NCBI GenBank assembly: GCA_964596115.1
Contig: CAZQRW010000002.1
Coordinates: 15,480 to 79,479 of the forward strand
Source of the DNA: an uncultured bacterium
GTDB taxonomy: Bacteria > Hydrothermota > UBA3072 > B12-G15
Length of the DNA stretch: 64,000 nt
Direction: 5' to 3'
Under the pieces are notes generated by a model. It made no database searches. It saw nothing but the letters and a program-made list of their open reading frames with translations, and was not told where the DNA came from. The translations under genes were made by a program, and so were the position numbers. Every line of letters begins with the position of its first letter. Within the stretch, counting starts at the first letter, position 1. Below are positions 1 through 8,838 of the stretch, one piece after another.

Positions 1-180
1 TCCCTGTCAGGTCCTCCTGTATACTGTGGATAGTATCCTGCAGAGTACATTGCTACATCGATGGTCTTCTCAGCGTTTTTTATAGATTTGACAAGATTCG
101 GGATATACTCTCTGTTCCCTATATATTCAATATCCTCAGCACTAAACCCTATTGTGAATATTAGTAAGATGTATGCCATT
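1..180 (-). CDS. N-terminal fragment of a secreted PLD-like (HKD phospholipase D/Nuc-family) protein; the gene continues past the 5' edge of the window
   Basis: A minus-strand ATG at 178-180 starts a hydrophobic signal-like N-terminus (MAYILLIFTIGFSA). This is followed by 'NAEKTIDVAMYSAGYY', which resembles the first PLD/HKD-domain motif ('AKKSIDIA.Y.F'). The ORF runs off the window. Confidence 0.35.
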
Positions 181-1299
181 TTACCATCCCCTTTTGTAGG
201 TTAAACTTAACAATGTTGAAGTTTCGTCAAAGTATAAATCGTTCAATCCAGTTCCAAGGTTTAACTCATCTCCTTTGTAGGAAAGTCCTGAAAAATTAAA
301 CCCAAACCCAAGCTCATTTAAGCCAGCTCTGTATCCGAGGCCAAAGGTATATGTGCCCCTTGTCAAAGAAGAATTCGCATAAATATTACTATACATATAG
401 CCAAGCCTTATAAGAATGTTAGAGGTTAGTAGATGCTCAACACCAAAATGAAATGATTCAACATTATCAAGATTCTCTTTTACACCATCCTTTGTTAAAA
501 CTGACCAGGGAATATATGAAAGCTGGAAATAAATCTTCGCAGGAAGAGGGCCAGGGAAAAAGTAGTCAATTCCAAAGGCATATTGCTCTGGATAATTTAT
601 ATCCGCTACCGTATCCTTTGAGATCTTAATAGCAGTACCATATACAAAACCAATGGTCAAATTCTTAATCGGACTTAAGGTCAAGCCTCCATAGTAACCA
701 TTACCCTTTATACTATAATTTGAATGATTGATAGTAGTATCTGTATCAGTATAATGTTCGTAATTATAAACATCATTTCCCCTTATAATTCTTACTCCTC
801 CTCCGATGCCAATCCATTTATATTTGAATCCAATGTTTGGAGTAAACGAAAATCCATTCAAATCAACTGTCTCATTTTCTGTCAGAATTACCCTATAAAA
901 CTCATCCCTCTCAGTATTTTCATAACTGTACTTTCCCGCCAGAATAGGGAAAAAGTCAAAGCCGATCTGAAGCATATTTTTAGGGATCCTAAAGGAAAAG
1001 GTGTATGGGCCTGCAAGAAAATAGGTGTTATCCGCCACAGTTGTATTACCCACGGTATTATCAAAACTATCAAACACCCTCTTACTCCTTCTCTCTGTAG
1101 GCATCAACAAGGACCCATCAACCAACACCTGAGCATTTTGCAAGAAATATCCTGGGTTGGCAGTAGATACTACCCAAACATCTCCCACACCGTTCATAGA
1201 GGCGTCAAGCACAAAATTAAAATTCCCATAATTCGTAGCCTCCGCAATACCACCAAAAAGAACGAAAGAAACAAAGACTAAAAGTATTGTTTTACGCAT
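181..1299 (-). CDS. Outer-membrane beta-barrel protein with a signal peptide; function unknown
   Basis: N-terminal signal peptide (MRKTILLVFVSFVLFGGIAEA). The rest is rich in alternating aromatic and Gly/Tyr/Asn residues typical of a beta-barrel. It ends with an aromatic residue (…YKRGW). Confidence 0.4.
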   Translation of the reverse strand: MRKTILLVFVSFVLFGGIAEATNYGNFNFVLDASMNGVGDVWVVSTANPGYFLQNAQVLVDGSLLMPTERRSKRVFDSFDNTVGNTTVADNTYFLAGPYTFSFRIPKNMLQIGFDFFPILAGKYSYENTERDEFYRVILTENETVDLNGFSFTPNIGFKYKWIGIGGGVRIIRGNDVYNYEHYTDTDTTINHSNYSIKGNGYYGGLTLSPIKNLTIGFVYGTAIKISKDTVADINYPEQYAFGIDYFFPGPLPAKIYFQLSYIPWSVLTKDGVKENLDNVESFHFGVEHLLTSNILIRLGYMYSNIYANSSLTRGTYTFGLGYRAGLNELGFGFNFSGLSYKGDELNLGTGLNDLYFDETSTLLSLTYKRGW

Positions 1300-1300
1300 A

Positions 1301-3721
1301 TTACCACCACCATATAATTTGAAGGTTTCCAGTATAATTTGTCTTATTATCTACAAATCCATTTATTAAGGTCGGGGTGCCATTTTCGTAATGATATTCT
1401 CCGTTAGAGTATTCAAGCCCAACGTGATTGTATTCAGTATATTTTCTTCTGAACTTAAGTCTTAAAAACAGATTATCAGAAACTCTGTCAATAAATGAAA
1501 CAAAAAATTTATTTCCGTTACCATAGAGAAAGTCAATACCTGTATCTTCAAAAATCCACTGACTCATATCATCCGTCTTCCATATCGCACTCCCCAGATA
1601 AGTAGATAGTCTCTCTGAAAAACGATGTTCAAAGACAAGTGATATATACCCGCCATCCATAACCTCATCCTCTGTGTATTTTAAGGAGGACTGAAGATGA
1701 ACCCATCCGTATCTCGCCCTGAAATCTATATAATCATAGTCAGTTAGCAGGGCATATATCCTGAAAGTAAATTCATTTGTCACAGATTTGGTAGGGGTTG
1801 TGGGTCTCTCCCTCCACTTTGCCTGATATTTGTGTTTAATCCTTATCCTTAAAGGATAGATTGGCCTATATTCAAGTTCGCTTTGCACTCTAACATTAGG
1901 CAAACCTATCGCAAGATTTTTCCAGACATCCACATATGCCCTGGTAATAGTAAAATGTCTATTTATCCTGTACCTCGTCTCCACATAAAGTCCATCCTCA
2001 GGTTTTGGGGCAGGATAGTTCTGCATATCGGAATAAAATGGATCAAGCAATCTATAGGGCTTCTCAAAGGGCGTATCATCAAATCTCTTCTGCTCCATAA
2101 ATGGCCTTGCATAAGGGTTATCGTAACCAACATCATAATGCCTCTTCCTGAAAAGAACATAAATATTATTGTATTGAACAATTCCACCAAAGATATAAGC
2201 ATTAGAAGGTACCCCTGTAAACTGGTGAACAAATTCTCCCTCAATTCCAAAATTATTTATCACAGTCCTCCCGGATATGCCACCAAACTTCTTTTCCCTT
2301 CCATTTGTCATATCAAGATATGTTGGGGTAATCAATTCATCTGCGTCATACTTAAACTCTACATCTTCCCTTGAAATTTTGAATGGCTTATCAGTATGTA
2401 TTTTAAGCCCATTTAACGAAATGTATGTTCCAAAAGGAATGAAAAAAAGGTTGGAAAGGTCCACTCCAAAACTTCCACCGTAGAATTCCTCATTGAATTT
2501 ATCCTTGAACTCTGAGAGGTTATATGGATTTGTAAAATAAAGATTGATTGTTGAATCCCTATTCAAAATACCATCCTTTTTATCCATAGAGTAAAAAGAT
2601 ATAAGTTTAAATCTCTTATAACGAGAAAGTAATCCCGTTCCCCGAGCGGCAAACTCCTGCGACGAAGTTATATCACCGTAGACACCCTCCGCCTTTTCTA
2701 TCGACCTTGCAAGCATATCATCCACGTTTTGAAACATTACTCCCTGCCCTATTGTTACATTGTAGTTACCGACATAAAGTTTATCTATGGGGCCAATATT
2801 GATAAGTCCAATATAACCCTTATAGTTATTTGACCCATCTGGCATTTCTCCTGCCCTTACACCGAGAGAAAGCCTATCCCCATAATCTGTCCTTGCCCTT
2901 ACAAAAATCTTCCGCATATAGTTGTTACTCAATGCCTCTTCCTTTTCATTCTCCAATCTCTCCATAAGTTTTTTCATATTTTCTCTATCCCAACCAGCAG
3001 AATCCATTCTCTGATAGGCATACGTTGTGTCTGAATTGAATGTGTCTAAAACAGGATCATAGTCTATACTGTTGAATAGAGAGTTTACATAATCAACTGT
3101 ACCATCCACATTCTTCCCTCCCATATCCTCCATATCTTCTCGTGAAAACCAGTCAACATTTGCCTTCCCAAAACCTACCCATTTCTTTGGTTTTTGCTCT
3201 TCAGAGGTAACGATAAAATCCCTTATATTTCTGTAGCCATAACTTGTTAAATATGGTGCATATCGAAGATCTGAAGAATACCTTATATTTTTCCATGTCC
3301 TTACATAGTTGATGGCAGATACTGCATCCACAAGGTTCACCCTGCTCAACATAAGTATATCGTCTATATGAACCCTGTTTATATTCATAGGTTTTATTGT
3401 TAATGCCTCCCATTCATCCATTAAGGCCTCGGAGGGTCTTTCTTCTGATGCAAGCCTCTCCTGTATCTGTTCAATATAGTAAGGAATATTCTTTATCTCA
3501 GGTGGTTTCTTGATTATAATAAGATCCTTTAATTTTTTGAACTCCTCTGGTTTCAAGATGTCATATAACTCATAATAAGATGAAATATATTTATGGGTTT
3601 CCCTATACTCATATAACTTCTCTGCTGATGCATCTGAAATGGGAAGCAGCTTTATCTCATTAATGGATGCCCTATTTATGTCAAGGGGCATTGTAACCGA
3701 GATTAGTAGTATCCATATCAT
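1301..3721 (-). CDS. Large secreted or outer-membrane protein whose N-terminus carries a ComEA-like helix-hairpin-helix DNA-binding motif
   Basis: The N-terminus reads 'PLDINRASINEIKLLPISDASAEKLYEYRE'. This matches the ComEA HhH consensus (INtAS.eEL..LPGIG...A..I..YRE). The remaining ~750 aa are beta-rich, with many aromatic and Gly residues. The gene sits in an operon with two OM barrels. Confidence 0.5.
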   Translation of the reverse strand: MIWILLISVTMPLDINRASINEIKLLPISDASAEKLYEYRETHKYISSYYELYDILKPEEFKKLKDLIIIKKPPEIKNIPYYIEQIQERLASEERPSEALMDEWEALTIKPMNINRVHIDDILMLSRVNLVDAVSAINYVRTWKNIRYSSDLRYAPYLTSYGYRNIRDFIVTSEEQKPKKWVGFGKANVDWFSREDMEDMGGKNVDGTVDYVNSLFNSIDYDPVLDTFNSDTTYAYQRMDSAGWDRENMKKLMERLENEKEEALSNNYMRKIFVRARTDYGDRLSLGVRAGEMPDGSNNYKGYIGLINIGPIDKLYVGNYNVTIGQGVMFQNVDDMLARSIEKAEGVYGDITSSQEFAARGTGLLSRYKRFKLISFYSMDKKDGILNRDSTINLYFTNPYNLSEFKDKFNEEFYGGSFGVDLSNLFFIPFGTYISLNGLKIHTDKPFKISREDVEFKYDADELITPTYLDMTNGREKKFGGISGRTVINNFGIEGEFVHQFTGVPSNAYIFGGIVQYNNIYVLFRKRHYDVGYDNPYARPFMEQKRFDDTPFEKPYRLLDPFYSDMQNYPAPKPEDGLYVETRYRINRHFTITRAYVDVWKNLAIGLPNVRVQSELEYRPIYPLRIRIKHKYQAKWRERPTTPTKSVTNEFTFRIYALLTDYDYIDFRARYGWVHLQSSLKYTEDEVMDGGYISLVFEHRFSERLSTYLGSAIWKTDDMSQWIFEDTGIDFLYGNGNKFFVSFIDRVSDNLFLRLKFRRKYTEYNHVGLEYSNGEYHYENGTPTLINGFVDNKTNYTGNLQIIWWW

Positions 3722-4473
3722 CTGTAACCTGCTCCAACTGTATATGTTGGTTCAATGCTGCTATTGTATTCGTATGAAAAATTAACATTTACAGGAGCAG
3801 CATTAATCCCAATGCCAAAGGAAACCTCAAAAGGCGATGAATGGAAACCAGTTCTTAATGCAATTTTATCACCTATTATAAATTCCTGACCAAAGAGGAA
3901 TCTTGTGGGTTTATCAAACTCTTTTTCAAAACCAAAGGCTGTTGTTGCGCTCTTGTATGGTTTGTAAGAAACACTCATACCCGCCTTTGTCGGAAGGCTG
4001 TACTTCACATCCTTGCCTACCGTTGGTCTATTCACGTTATAAACTGCCCCTCCGATATACCACAATTCCCAAACCCTTGAAATTACCCCTATATCAACGC
4101 CATAGGTAAACTCATCACCAAATCTTGACTGAAATAGGTAAAAACCCTTTACAGTATAACCGAGTTTTGTATCTTCTCCAAGGGGAACGCCCTGTGATAT
4201 AGAAACTACGGTTTCATTCTGAAGATCCTTTACATTTCTGTATCCAAGATTAAAACCAAAGGATTTCATTCCCAAAAAAATTCTCCCCGTACTAACTGTG
4301 CTATAGAGACTCCTATATGAAGTGCTAAGAGTAAAATCCTTCATAAATCCGCAGGAGGCAGGATTAAATGAAATGACCGGGTCAGGGATGCTGTAATCTG
4401 CACCTCCCATTGCATTACCAATGGGAGAAAAAAGAAGGTTTTCAAAAACCGATACTATTAATAACATTGCCAT
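3718..4473 (-). CDS. Small porin-like outer-membrane beta-barrel protein
   Basis: N-terminal hydrophobic segment. Alternating-pattern beta strands with Gly/Tyr/Phe-rich turns. C-terminal '…VGAGYR'. Its start overlaps the stop of the upstream gene by 4 nt, suggesting translational coupling. Confidence 0.4.
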   Translation of the reverse strand: MAMLLIVSVFENLLFSPIGNAMGGADYSIPDPVISFNPASCGFMKDFTLSTSYRSLYSTVSTGRIFLGMKSFGFNLGYRNVKDLQNETVVSISQGVPLGEDTKLGYTVKGFYLFQSRFGDEFTYGVDIGVISRVWELWYIGGAVYNVNRPTVGKDVKYSLPTKAGMSVSYKPYKSATTAFGFEKEFDKPTRFLFGQEFIIGDKIALRTGFHSSPFEVSFGIGINAAPVNVNFSYEYNSSIEPTYTVGAGYR

Positions 4474-4474
4474 A

Positions 4475-6439
4475 TTATCTTCCTAATTTTGTGCCCACTA
4501 TAATGGGCTTAGTTAATTTTTCAGTTTTTCCATCTGTTTCTTTTACAACAATATGAATGAGATAAAGTCCGATAGTTACTTTTTTATCATACTCATCCTC
4601 TCCATTCCAGTATGTCTCGTATGGCCCACCTGGATAATTCACAACAAGAATCTTCACCAATCTGCCCTCAGCATCAAAAATCTTTGCAGTAATGCTTGAG
4701 TTATGTGGAGCGGTTATTTTTACATCCGCAACCTCACCCAGGTCATAAGAGAATGGATTTGGTGTAATTGTACAGGTGAGTACCTCTGTTGTTTCCGAAG
4801 GTATCTCCATAACTATATCGTTCATATCTCTGGGAAGAAGTTGATAACCAGTTGTATATGGTTCATGGGAGTCATATTGACCACCAACACCCGTAATAGT
4901 AAATATGTCTCCCTTACCCATCATATTTCTCATTGAGTCAACATTTATACCTGTGCCTGTTTCTAACCTTATGGTTATATATGCCTGACCATTTGCAACG
5001 GTAAAATTGTAACCCCCTCCAGCTGCTATTGGTGTTAATGGTGTCACGACCTTTGATTTTTTTACACAGAGGAGCCTTCCCTCGGTGGATTCATCAAGAC
5101 CAACCGATGTGGCGAGCGTCTCCGGTTTAAATATGGGATCCCATCTCGAAATTAGTGTGACATCGGATGGATTATTCACCTTCACCTCTGTTAATCCATT
5201 ATATTCATCTACAGTACCCTTTATCAAATACCTATAATTCCTTTTTACAGGGATAGCATCATAGGAAAATATATCAACTCCGCTGGTGGTATCATTCAAA
5301 TAGAAACCGGTCCCCGTTGGAGAGATATTTCCCGTTACTGCATAGCCGAGCACAGTAACAACATCACCAAGCATACCAGAGGTAACGCCATCAGGGCCTG
5401 GATTCTGAACGTCTCTTAGATCTGTTATTGTGGGCATTGCTATAATTTTTATGAATGGTTTTCCAGCAACAGAAAAAATGTTATTATCCATACTTCCCTC
5501 AACCCTGAATGTAAATGTGCCTGTCGTATCAATAATGACATTATTAACCTGGATCATCACTGTATCAAATATACTGGTGCCAAAGACCTTAATTGTGTCT
5601 CCTGTTGAATCGGATACAACTACTGCTGAATCATTTGAGGGAAGATCAATTGAACCAACATTATGAGACCAGATAATTTCGGGAGGGATAAAAACTCTGA
5701 GATAACTCACCGTATCTATAGTACTTATGACCCGAAATTTTAGATTAAAATTAACCCTCTCAAAAAATTGAACAGGGTCACAATCTGCATAGAGCCCCTC
5801 TATCTCTCCAGGCTCAAGGATATCTCTGTCATCTCTGGGAAGGATCTTGTAATCGTAGTAATAGTCTACCGGACCTGTAACACTATATGTATCACCTACA
5901 ACAGGTTCAAAGTAAAAAATCCTATCGTCAACTATTGCAGGTCCACTTCCATCATCAACCTCCCACTCCCCATAGGCATTAACACCCTGCGTGCAAGCTG
6001 CTTTTACAACCTTTACAAGCACACCTTCATACTTCTCATCGGATATATTACCGGTGGAATCAATAACAGGGTCAGGGGGCGTTGTAGAACCAAGTACTGT
6101 AATTTCATCTGGATAAGAGACCTCTGTAACACCATAGTATTCGCTCACCTTCCCAGTAATTCTTACACTATCCCCCCTCTCAACACCTGGATTTGAGGAA
6201 CCATTGTATATATAAATCCCTCTCCAGGCACCACCTGGTTTCATCTCAACAAAGAAGGCATATCTTGTACTTCCACCAGACAGGTATGTAAAAGGTGCGG
6301 TAACAACACCGTAGAAAGTGACGGTGCTGTCAACAAATGGTGAAGAACTGGCGTGTCCCTGAATCTCTTCAATAGTATGAACCCCTCCAATCATAGAGAG
6401 GGGCAAAAAGGCCAATAAAAAAATTGATATTTTCTTCAT
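4475..6439 (-). CDS. Secreted multi-domain protein with two extracellular-nuclease-type OB-fold repeats and a C-terminal FlgD-Ig-like/T9SS-type sorting domain
   Basis: Signal peptide at the N-terminus. Residues ~20-150 read 'HTIEEIQGHASSSPFVDSTVTFYGVVTAPF…GDSVRITGKVSEYYGVTEV'. This is the I.EIQG…SP..G..VT..GVVT pattern of the N-terminal OB-fold in COG2374 extracellular nucleases. A second copy follows ('GDVVTVLGYAVTG…IKGTVDEYNGLTEV'). The C-terminus reads 'KIFDAEGRLVKILVV…GLYLIHIV', a FlgD-Ig/Por-secretion-tail-like domain. The gene is paralogous to 6453-7397. Confidence 0.55.
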   Translation of the reverse strand: MKKISIFLLAFLPLSMIGGVHTIEEIQGHASSSPFVDSTVTFYGVVTAPFTYLSGGSTRYAFFVEMKPGGAWRGIYIYNGSSNPGVERGDSVRITGKVSEYYGVTEVSYPDEITVLGSTTPPDPVIDSTGNISDEKYEGVLVKVVKAACTQGVNAYGEWEVDDGSGPAIVDDRIFYFEPVVGDTYSVTGPVDYYYDYKILPRDDRDILEPGEIEGLYADCDPVQFFERVNFNLKFRVISTIDTVSYLRVFIPPEIIWSHNVGSIDLPSNDSAVVVSDSTGDTIKVFGTSIFDTVMIQVNNVIIDTTGTFTFRVEGSMDNNIFSVAGKPFIKIIAMPTITDLRDVQNPGPDGVTSGMLGDVVTVLGYAVTGNISPTGTGFYLNDTTSGVDIFSYDAIPVKRNYRYLIKGTVDEYNGLTEVKVNNPSDVTLISRWDPIFKPETLATSVGLDESTEGRLLCVKKSKVVTPLTPIAAGGGYNFTVANGQAYITIRLETGTGINVDSMRNMMGKGDIFTITGVGGQYDSHEPYTTGYQLLPRDMNDIVMEIPSETTEVLTCTITPNPFSYDLGEVADVKITAPHNSSITAKIFDAEGRLVKILVVNYPGGPYETYWNGEDEYDKKVTIGLYLIHIVVKETDGKTEKLTKPIIVGTKLGR

Positions 6440-6452
6440 TTATCACCCTTTC

Positions 6453-7397
6453 TTAAAGATGTATAAATCTTGATACATTTGTCGTATCGTTTGTTTTCAA
6501 TATAATGAAGTATATTCCTGCGTTTGTTCTTTTCAGATCAATGTTATATTTATGTGCACCTCTTTCAAACCTCCCTTTCATTACCCTCTTTACCAACCTG
6601 CCATTGATGTCATAGATACCTATCTCTCCCTCGGTATCCTTATCCAGAATAAATGAGACCTCTATATTAGAGGGAGCGAAATTGGAAGAAACCTTAAATG
6701 TAATGACGTTCCCACTATTTATCTCCCTTATGCCACTAACATTAACAATATCCGAAGAATCCCTGGGCTCAACCTTGAAACTATCAAAGGCAAAATTTAA
6801 TGGTCCTATAACGGTGTAAGAATCTCCAAGTATTGGGGTATAGGACACATTCCAGTCGTCGACTCTCAAAGGGCCTGAACCATCATTTATTTCCCACTCG
6901 CCATGGCCCAGATCAGTATTGGTGCATTGTGCATTTTCTACTTTTAAAAGGACTGATTCGTATTGTTCATCGTTCGCATCACCAGTAGAAACTATTAAAG
7001 GTAAAGGTACCCCTACACCACTTGCGAGAATACTGTATGTATTACCGTAAGCAAACTCAGTCATATTGTTATATTCCTGAATAGTGCCGGTTATTTCAAC
7101 ACTATCACCTCTGGAAACATCCTGTGTCCAGGAGTAACCTTGATATGCATATATTCCTTTCCAGGCACCAGCAGGTTTTTCCTCAATAAAGAATCCCCTT
7201 GAGAATACACCTGTAACCACGCCAGAAGTAGTAACAGTACTGCCCACATATGGAGAGTCACCTGATGGATCTGTCGTATATTGGATTTCGTAGATAGAAT
7301 GGTATGAGCCCAAAAGAGGAATAACCATCGTCAACCCCAAGAAGATCCATAACCTTTTCATAAAACACCTCCTTTTTACTTTTTTTAACTTTAACAC
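6453..7397 (-). CDS. Secreted protein with one extracellular-nuclease-type OB-fold domain and a Por_Secre_tail (T9SS type A) C-terminal domain; paralog of 4475-6439
   Basis: Signal peptide at the N-terminus. 'HSIYEIQYTTDPSGDSPYVGSTVTTSGVVTGVF…GDSVEITGTIQEYNNMTEF' aligns with the N-domain of the neighbouring gene. This includes a shared 'GEWE(V/I)DDGSGP…VDD' block. C-terminal 'IGIYDINGRLVKRVMKG…AGIYFIILK' matches the T9SS C-terminal sorting-domain consensus. Confidence 0.55.
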   Translation of the reverse strand: MLKLKKVKRRCFMKRLWIFLGLTMVIPLLGSYHSIYEIQYTTDPSGDSPYVGSTVTTSGVVTGVFSRGFFIEEKPAGAWKGIYAYQGYSWTQDVSRGDSVEITGTIQEYNNMTEFAYGNTYSILASGVGVPLPLIVSTGDANDEQYESVLLKVENAQCTNTDLGHGEWEINDGSGPLRVDDWNVSYTPILGDSYTVIGPLNFAFDSFKVEPRDSSDIVNVSGIREINSGNVITFKVSSNFAPSNIEVSFILDKDTEGEIGIYDINGRLVKRVMKGRFERGAHKYNIDLKRTNAGIYFIILKTNDTTNVSRFIHL

Positions 7398-7431
7398 TTT
7401 TTAAAATATCGTCAAGCATAAATTTTTATAA

Positions 7432-8352
7432 TTAATGGGTCGAAATAGGTGTTTTTTTCGGGAAAAATAATCTGCTGAAAACGCCTCCCTGGGTTATCTT
7501 TTTTAAGACATCAATATGTTTGTAAGCCGCTGTTCTACCCATTTCAACGCACTCATCAAGCCTTCCAAAATCTGTCCAGTGCACATCTTTTGTATCTATC
7601 TCAATAACATAATCTGCCTCTTCTAATAGCAACCTGAAAAGTTTTAGCTTTGCAAGTTCATCACCCCTCAGAATGACACTCATAGAACTATTGAGTTTTC
7701 CAGGTGGGGAGGGCTTATACCCAAATATAACACCTATAACGATGTCTGCACCAAGATCTCTGGCTGCCTCAACCGGGACATTTGCAGTAACACCACCATC
7801 CACAAGAATCCTTCCTCCAAGTTTTACAGCAGGAAAAATCCCGGGGATGGCAGCGCTTGCCCTCACCGCGCACTTAATTAATCCCTCTTTAAAAATAATG
7901 TCCTGGCCTGAGACAAGATCAAGGGCAACTGAAGCAAATGGAAGTTTCATATCTTTAAACGTTTTGTTATTAAACATCTCATCAAATATTTCTTCTACTG
8001 GCTCTTCTGGAATCAGGGAGCTCTTTCCCAATGCCTCAACAAAGGTTAAACCCACTTTTAATCTATGCCTGATCCTCTCAAACCAATTATCTTCCTCTTC
8101 TGATTTAAATTTACTCAATCTCATCTCTCTGTACGCCTCTGAATCTACAAATCTCCTTGCCATATTCTTCATTTTTACCGCATCAGGTTTAAGGGCATAA
8201 AATCCACCAACGATGGCACCAATACTGGTGCCAGCAATTATGTCTATTGGAATTCCCTCCTTTTCAAATACTTCAAGAACACCAATATGTGCAAGCCCCT
8301 TTGCCCCTCCACCTGCAAGTGCGATTCCCACCTTTGGCTTTTTAAATAGCAT
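7432..8352 (-). CDS. Patatin-like phospholipase
   Basis: Glycine-rich oxyanion motif 'GGGAKG'. Nucleophile elbow 'GTSIGA' (GxSxG). Catalytic 'DGG' present (LVDGGVTANVP). Confidence 0.8.
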   Translation of the reverse strand: MLFKKPKVGIALAGGGAKGLAHIGVLEVFEKEGIPIDIIAGTSIGAIVGGFYALKPDAVKMKNMARRFVDSEAYREMRLSKFKSEEEDNWFERIRHRLKVGLTFVEALGKSSLIPEEPVEEIFDEMFNNKTFKDMKLPFASVALDLVSGQDIIFKEGLIKCAVRASAAIPGIFPAVKLGGRILVDGGVTANVPVEAARDLGADIVIGVIFGYKPSPPGKLNSSMSVILRGDELAKLKLFRLLLEEADYVIEIDTKDVHWTDFGRLDECVEMGRTAAYKHIDVLKKITQGGVFSRLFFPKKTPISTH

Positions 8353-8453
8353 TTTACTCTCCCTTTATTTTTTCTTCATTTTAAAGGAAAATAATTAAAA
8401 GGCAAGAAAAAAATACTTCTTGAATTATTATTATTATAAATTATTATATTGAT

Positions 8454-8792
8454 ATGATTAATTCATATAAGTTTGGGGTTATAAATATCAACGGTAAAAC
8501 CTATATGAAGGACGTAATCATTATTGGTGACGAAGTATTCCATCCATGGTGGAGAAGGGAAGGGCACAGGGTATATCCTGAGGATCTCAAATATCCACTT
8601 GAGAAGAACGTAAATAAAATTGTTATTGGCACAGGATACTGGAACAGGGTGACAATACCCAAAGAAACAAAGAATTTTTTAAAAGACAACGGCATTGAAT
8701 TTATTTTTTTAGGAACAAAAGAGGCAGTGGATATGTACAACAACGATAAAGAGAAAACTTCTACTGCCTACTGCCTCCACCTTACCTGCTAA
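8454..8792 (+). CDS. Mth938-like domain protein (DUF498 family)
   Basis: 112 aa. The sequence 'KTYMKDVIIIGDEVFHPWW…IVIGTGYWNRVTIPKE…GIEFIFLGTKEAV' is typical of the Mth938-like fold family. It is the only plus-strand gene in a long minus-strand stretch. Confidence 0.45.
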   Translation: MINSYKFGVININGKTYMKDVIIIGDEVFHPWWRREGHRVYPEDLKYPLEKNVNKIVIGTGYWNRVTIPKETKNFLKDNGIEFIFLGTKEAVDMYNNDKEKTSTAYCLHLTC

Positions 8793-8838
8793 ATAGCTAT
8801 CCTACAGGTTTTCAAACTATAATACCTTTTGGTTTACC

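Noticed and set aside
724-2483. Plus-strand ORFs (724-1281, 1883-2374, 2277-2483) lying inside minus-strand genes.
   Set aside because: They are antisense to well-supported coding frames and have low-complexity, Ile/Ser-rich translations with no motifs. They are typical spurious ORFs in AT-rich DNA.
1301-3721. Calling the 806-aa protein ComEA (competence DNA receptor).
   Set aside because: Only the first ~35 residues match the ComEA HhH motif. The remaining ~750 aa are unrelated beta-rich sequence, so it is annotated only as an HhH-containing envelope protein.
8501-8743. 80-aa minus-strand ORF inside the Mth938-like gene.
   Set aside because: It overlaps the better-supported plus-strand ORF, which has recognisable family features.
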